Part shown: in pieces, positions 60,424-64,000 of the stretch
Layout: the number at the start of each line of letters is the position of its first letter
How positions within the stretch are numbered: position 1 is the stretch's first letter
Virus record (IMG/VR): IMGVR_UViG_3300034110_001238
Direction: 5' to 3' (one strand)
Origin: an uncultured virus (IMG/VR IMGVR_UViG_3300034110_001238)
Lineage: Duplodnaviria > Heunggongvirae > Uroviricota > Caudoviricetes
Length of the DNA stretch: 64,000 bases
The notes under the pieces: generated by a model
What the model was told of the DNA's origin: nothing
The model's database searches: none
Seen by the model: only the letters and a program-made list of their open reading frames with translations
Made by a program: the position numbers and the translations under genes

Positions 60424-60960
60424 TCATGTTTCATCATCTTCATCAATTAAATAAAACGTTTCGCTCTTCATGTTTCGAACCAAATCATTCCACTCTTTCA
60501 TCTCTTTTGGAAGTTTAACCACATCGTTTGTAAACAAGAAATCCATGTTTTCAATGTAGTTGTTAGCTTTGAATTTAATAGTCAACTCAGAGATAATCAT
60601 CATCACGTCATTGATTTTATTTTGATTGTATTGAAGCTCTGACTCGTATATATCTTTCATGATTTGTTCTATATCAAATATAACCATATACTTGGTAGAG
60701 CCGTCTGATTGTTGTTCTTGTTCGAATATACAACTGTTAGGTAATGATTTAGACATTCTTTGTCTAAATTTATATAAACGATTAAAATAAAATTGATATT
60801 CTTTAATTTCCGGTATTTTCTTTTCTATTATTTTTTTAGGATCATCAGCCCATTCTATAATTGTTTTTTGAAGTAAAGTCTCTGCTCTCGATTTAAAATA
60901 ATCGAAAGATATATGTTTATTTGTCGTTGCTGACAATGAAATGACAAATTTATCGCTCAT
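60424..60960 (-). CDS. hypothetical protein
   Basis: 178-aa ORF with RBS. Confidence 0.7.
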   Translation of the reverse strand: MSDKFVISLSATTNKHISFDYFKSRAETLLQKTIIEWADDPKKIIEKKIPEIKEYQFYFNRLYKFRQRMSKSLPNSCIFEQEQQSDGSTKYMVIFDIEQIMKDIYESELQYNQNKINDVMMIISELTIKFKANNYIENMDFLFTNDVVKLPKEMKEWNDLVRNMKSETFYLIDEDDET

Positions 60961-61105
60961 CTTAAACCCCTTTTTATTATGGAACTATATCAAATTTTAT
61001 GTATTTGTCAATGTATCAAGGATTATCTATTACAGTTTGATTGACTTATTGCTTTTTTTGTATTACCATATTTGACTATAATTTAACAACTATTTGGAGA
61101 AAAAT

Positions 61106-61840
61106 ATGCTTAAAAAAATATTATTGTTATCCCTAATATCCGTTTGCTCAATGGGTATTTTTGCACAAGAAAAACAAGTCACTGATAAAAAACTTGAATT
61201 TGATTATCAAGATCTACAACTAGGCGATGTAAGGCATATAAAAATCATCAAAGACCAGAACATTATCATGCCAACCAGTGATACATCTGAAAACACTAAT
61301 CCAAAACTAATTTCAAGTACATTAACCAAATTAGCTTCTTATAAATTAATTTTAAAAGAAACTGCTCCTTCGGATAGTGCAGCGATTGAAAACATTGAAA
61401 AATTAGAGAAAGTTTTGCAACAAATAGATTTAACCAACAATCTATACAGCGAGAACAAAAATGCTCAGTTGATTGATACTAATCAGGAAGAGTTTAAAAC
61501 GGAATGTTTTTACAAAAAATATAGCTCATTGAAAATTTGTTTTGAATATGGTTTTGGTAAAGTAATTTCAATTAGAAAAATTGAGAAAAAAGATAGCAAT
61601 AAAATAGCTGAAAAAGAAAAAGATTTTATTGTTGACTTGTTGAAAGATACTGGTTACAAAAAAGATGATGATTTCTATATCCTTAACGATAAGAAATTTA
61701 AAATAGAAGTCAAAGAAAATACAGTAGAAACAACAACCACTACTGGTGTGTTGGAAGCTTTCAAGAAGAAAACAGCACAAGAATTAAAAGAACAAAACTT
61801 TACAAACTCAGTAACAGAGCATATGGAATTTTTGAAATAA
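61106..61840 (+). CDS. secreted hypothetical protein
   Basis: Signal peptide MLKKILLLSLISVCSMGIFA. Confidence 0.7.
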   Translation: MLKKILLLSLISVCSMGIFAQEKQVTDKKLEFDYQDLQLGDVRHIKIIKDQNIIMPTSDTSENTNPKLISSTLTKLASYKLILKETAPSDSAAIENIEKLEKVLQQIDLTNNLYSENKNAQLIDTNQEEFKTECFYKKYSSLKICFEYGFGKVISIRKIEKKDSNKIAEKEKDFIVDLLKDTGYKKDDDFYILNDKKFKIEVKENTVETTTTTGVLEAFKKKTAQELKEQNFTNSVTEHMEFLK

Positions 61841-61879
61841 ATTACCCAGCAATAAAAGGGCCACTTCGAGTGGCTTTTT

Positions 61880-63943
61880 TTACATCTTCATTTTTCTGTT
61901 TATTAGAGGTTTTTTCTCTTGTTCAATCTCTAAAAATTCATTTAAATCTAATTCAACTTTACTAATCAGTGTATTGGCGTTAAAAGCTACTTGAACTTGA
62001 CTGGATATCATATTAGCAGCGGCAACTTCACAACGATAAAGTTTGGCTCCTTTTTTTGAAAATTCTTCTAATTCTGGCCTACTAAACCATGATGTCATCT
62101 GTTCCTTTGATTCAAAAGCAAATTGATAGGCGTCGGAATATTTATTTGAAATAATATAGCGACAATCATAAGCTAAAAATAATGTAGAAAGTCCTTTGTC
62201 TCTTTGTGGAATTTTACGTTGATCATATTCTAAAATAGTTGCATCATTTGATTTCATGAAATCATCATCACTGTTGTCACTTTTATAGACACCTTTACCA
62301 TCAGGCATTTCTAGCCTAAATACATAACATGGTTCTTTGTTTGTTTTGATAGCTCCTGATGCAGAAAGCGTGTCATAAAGTGAATGATAACTGTAAGTTA
62401 AAAACTCTTTATTATTGTTTTCATGAGTGGCTATTTGTTGTGATTGATTAATACTGTCGTAAACCGCCTTATAAACATCTTGTGTATAAGCAATATTCTG
62501 ATTTACCAAAAAATCTTTTACTAAATTTAATAGATCCGTTGTTCCATTGCCATCAAGAGGTAATCTAAACGCAAAATCCATACCATCATAATAATTTTGC
62601 AAGTAATATTTATAATCATTTTCACCATGTTGAGAAACAAAACATCTTCTGATAAATGTTTCTCTGTCTATGTCGTCTGCTTCATTATTTGTTTTTGGAT
62701 ATTTTTGTAAAACATCAATTTTAAATTTATCCATTAATAGGTCAATTGTAGATTCATTTTGATTATAAGAATACTCAAATAAATCACCATCATTAATTAA
62801 CTTATTATGTTTAATAATAATGTTTTTGTAAAAATCTTTTTTTATCTTTTCGTTCTGGTTAGCAAGTCCATTTAATTCAATAAAAGATTCTAATATGAAA
62901 TAAGCACTTTTTTCACGTTCAGTGAAATAAAGAGGTCTATTTTTATATTGATTTCTTAATTCATCTTGTAACCCATATGTTTGTATTTCTGGTGCCGTAA
63001 TAAACACTGATTGACTGACACTATCACTTGATAATATTTCGTCTAGAATTTTTTTATAATTGTCTCTGTTGGCAATAGATTTTTTCATAGAGATATGTCG
63101 AATTTCATTCACACTCGCATTAGAAACTATAACGCCGCCTGCATAACGATTATTTTGGTGTAAAAGAATCCACTTATGGTCAACATTTCGGCTATATTCC
63201 ATATGATCATTAACACATGGCATATAAGCAAGATCTAATTCATCGTGCATAAAATGACATTGTTTATTAAAAGCATGAGCCGAACCTATATACTCTGGGT
63301 AAAACTCATACGGAAATGTTTTCTTTAATAACTGATAATGATCTGCAAAGTTTTTGCAGAAAACAGCTTGAACAGGTGTGTCCATATTCAATTTATCTTG
63401 AATTAAAGTTTTGAGGGTTTGATTTTTAAAATTAACATTATAATGACTGCCAATATCTGATTTAAAAAAGCTTTCCTGAAAAGCAAGTTCTCTTTCATTC
63501 ATTGAGTAGTCAACAACTTTCATTTTTTCAATATACTTTTTTCTTTTTGTTATAAAGTTGTCTTCACTATTATAAATGCTAGCTTCTATGTCATCAATAA
63601 ACTTTGATATTTGTTCAACATAAGCAATTCCATTGATAGGGTATTTATCTTGAATTGCTTGATAGGTATCACCAGAAATATAGAGATTATTCATAGGTGA
63701 ATCATTACTGGTATCATGCATAGTATAATGGTTATGATCATCATGCTTAGATAGTTTATATTTGCCACCAATAAATTCATTAAATACGCCACTGTTGAAG
63801 TAATTAACCATTACTTTACTAAACATGTTATAGTCATCCATATTAAGCTTATCATCATAGGTGAGTTTGAATTCAAGTAACTCATTAAAAAAATTACTCA
63901 ATTTACTACCATAAACTTTATATTTTAAATCATAATCATCCAT
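61880..63943 (-). CDS. large hypothetical protein
   Basis: 687-aa ORF; C-terminal VFRLE..G.GVY...FAFES..Q..WF domain. Confidence 0.75.
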   Translation of the reverse strand: MDDYDLKYKVYGSKLSNFFNELLEFKLTYDDKLNMDDYNMFSKVMVNYFNSGVFNEFIGGKYKLSKHDDHNHYTMHDTSNDSPMNNLYISGDTYQAIQDKYPINGIAYVEQISKFIDDIEASIYNSEDNFITKRKKYIEKMKVVDYSMNERELAFQESFFKSDIGSHYNVNFKNQTLKTLIQDKLNMDTPVQAVFCKNFADHYQLLKKTFPYEFYPEYIGSAHAFNKQCHFMHDELDLAYMPCVNDHMEYSRNVDHKWILLHQNNRYAGGVIVSNASVNEIRHISMKKSIANRDNYKKILDEILSSDSVSQSVFITAPEIQTYGLQDELRNQYKNRPLYFTEREKSAYFILESFIELNGLANQNEKIKKDFYKNIIIKHNKLINDGDLFEYSYNQNESTIDLLMDKFKIDVLQKYPKTNNEADDIDRETFIRRCFVSQHGENDYKYYLQNYYDGMDFAFRLPLDGNGTTDLLNLVKDFLVNQNIAYTQDVYKAVYDSINQSQQIATHENNNKEFLTYSYHSLYDTLSASGAIKTNKEPCYVFRLEMPDGKGVYKSDNSDDDFMKSNDATILEYDQRKIPQRDKGLSTLFLAYDCRYIISNKYSDAYQFAFESKEQMTSWFSRPELEEFSKKGAKLYRCEVAAANMISSQVQVAFNANTLISKVELDLNEFLEIEQEKKPLINRKMKM

Positions 63944-64000
63944 GAAATTCCTATGCGTTTTTAATTATTATCTTTCTAATATTATAGCATAGAGGTGGAA

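Noticed and set aside
61880..62350. ADP-ribosyltransferase-like fold for the C-terminal domain
   Set aside because: Only a loose R...S...Q pattern; cannot be supported without a profile or structure search

Overview
Very AT-rich, gene-dense window from a large mobile element (jumbo phage or megaplasmid). No virion or replication genes are visible, so the two cannot be separated here. The host is probably a gammaproteobacterium, Pseudomonas-like, judged from a perfect GacA box and a host-like TrxB. Most genes are short units with their own sigma70-type promoter and intrinsic terminator. Recognisable genes: MazG-like pyrophosphohydrolase, dCMP deaminase, Pnkp-like kinase/phosphatase/ligase, mutM, uvsE, nucleoside deoxyribosyltransferase, short proS, trxB, asnB-like, gap, CNNM/CBS protein, AI-2E transporter, D-cysteine desulfhydrase/ACC deaminase-family enzyme, and a degenerate DotL/IcmO-like protein. 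The most striking content is non-coding. (1) A leucine-only array of 11 tRNA-Leu genes lies downstream of a 20-codon leader peptide that uses all six Leu codons, followed by an attenuator-like structure. (2) A related Pro-codon leader and attenuator precedes proS. (3) Two circularly permuted or domain-swapped tRNA-like RNAs sit inside the array. (4) A CsrB/RsmZ-type RNA with 15 GGA motifs has an upstream GacA box. (5) Two further candidate sRNAs are present. About 14 otherwise divergent proteins also share a C-terminal M-x-x-hydrophobic-COOH motif. All family assignments come from motif recognition by eye, not from database searches.
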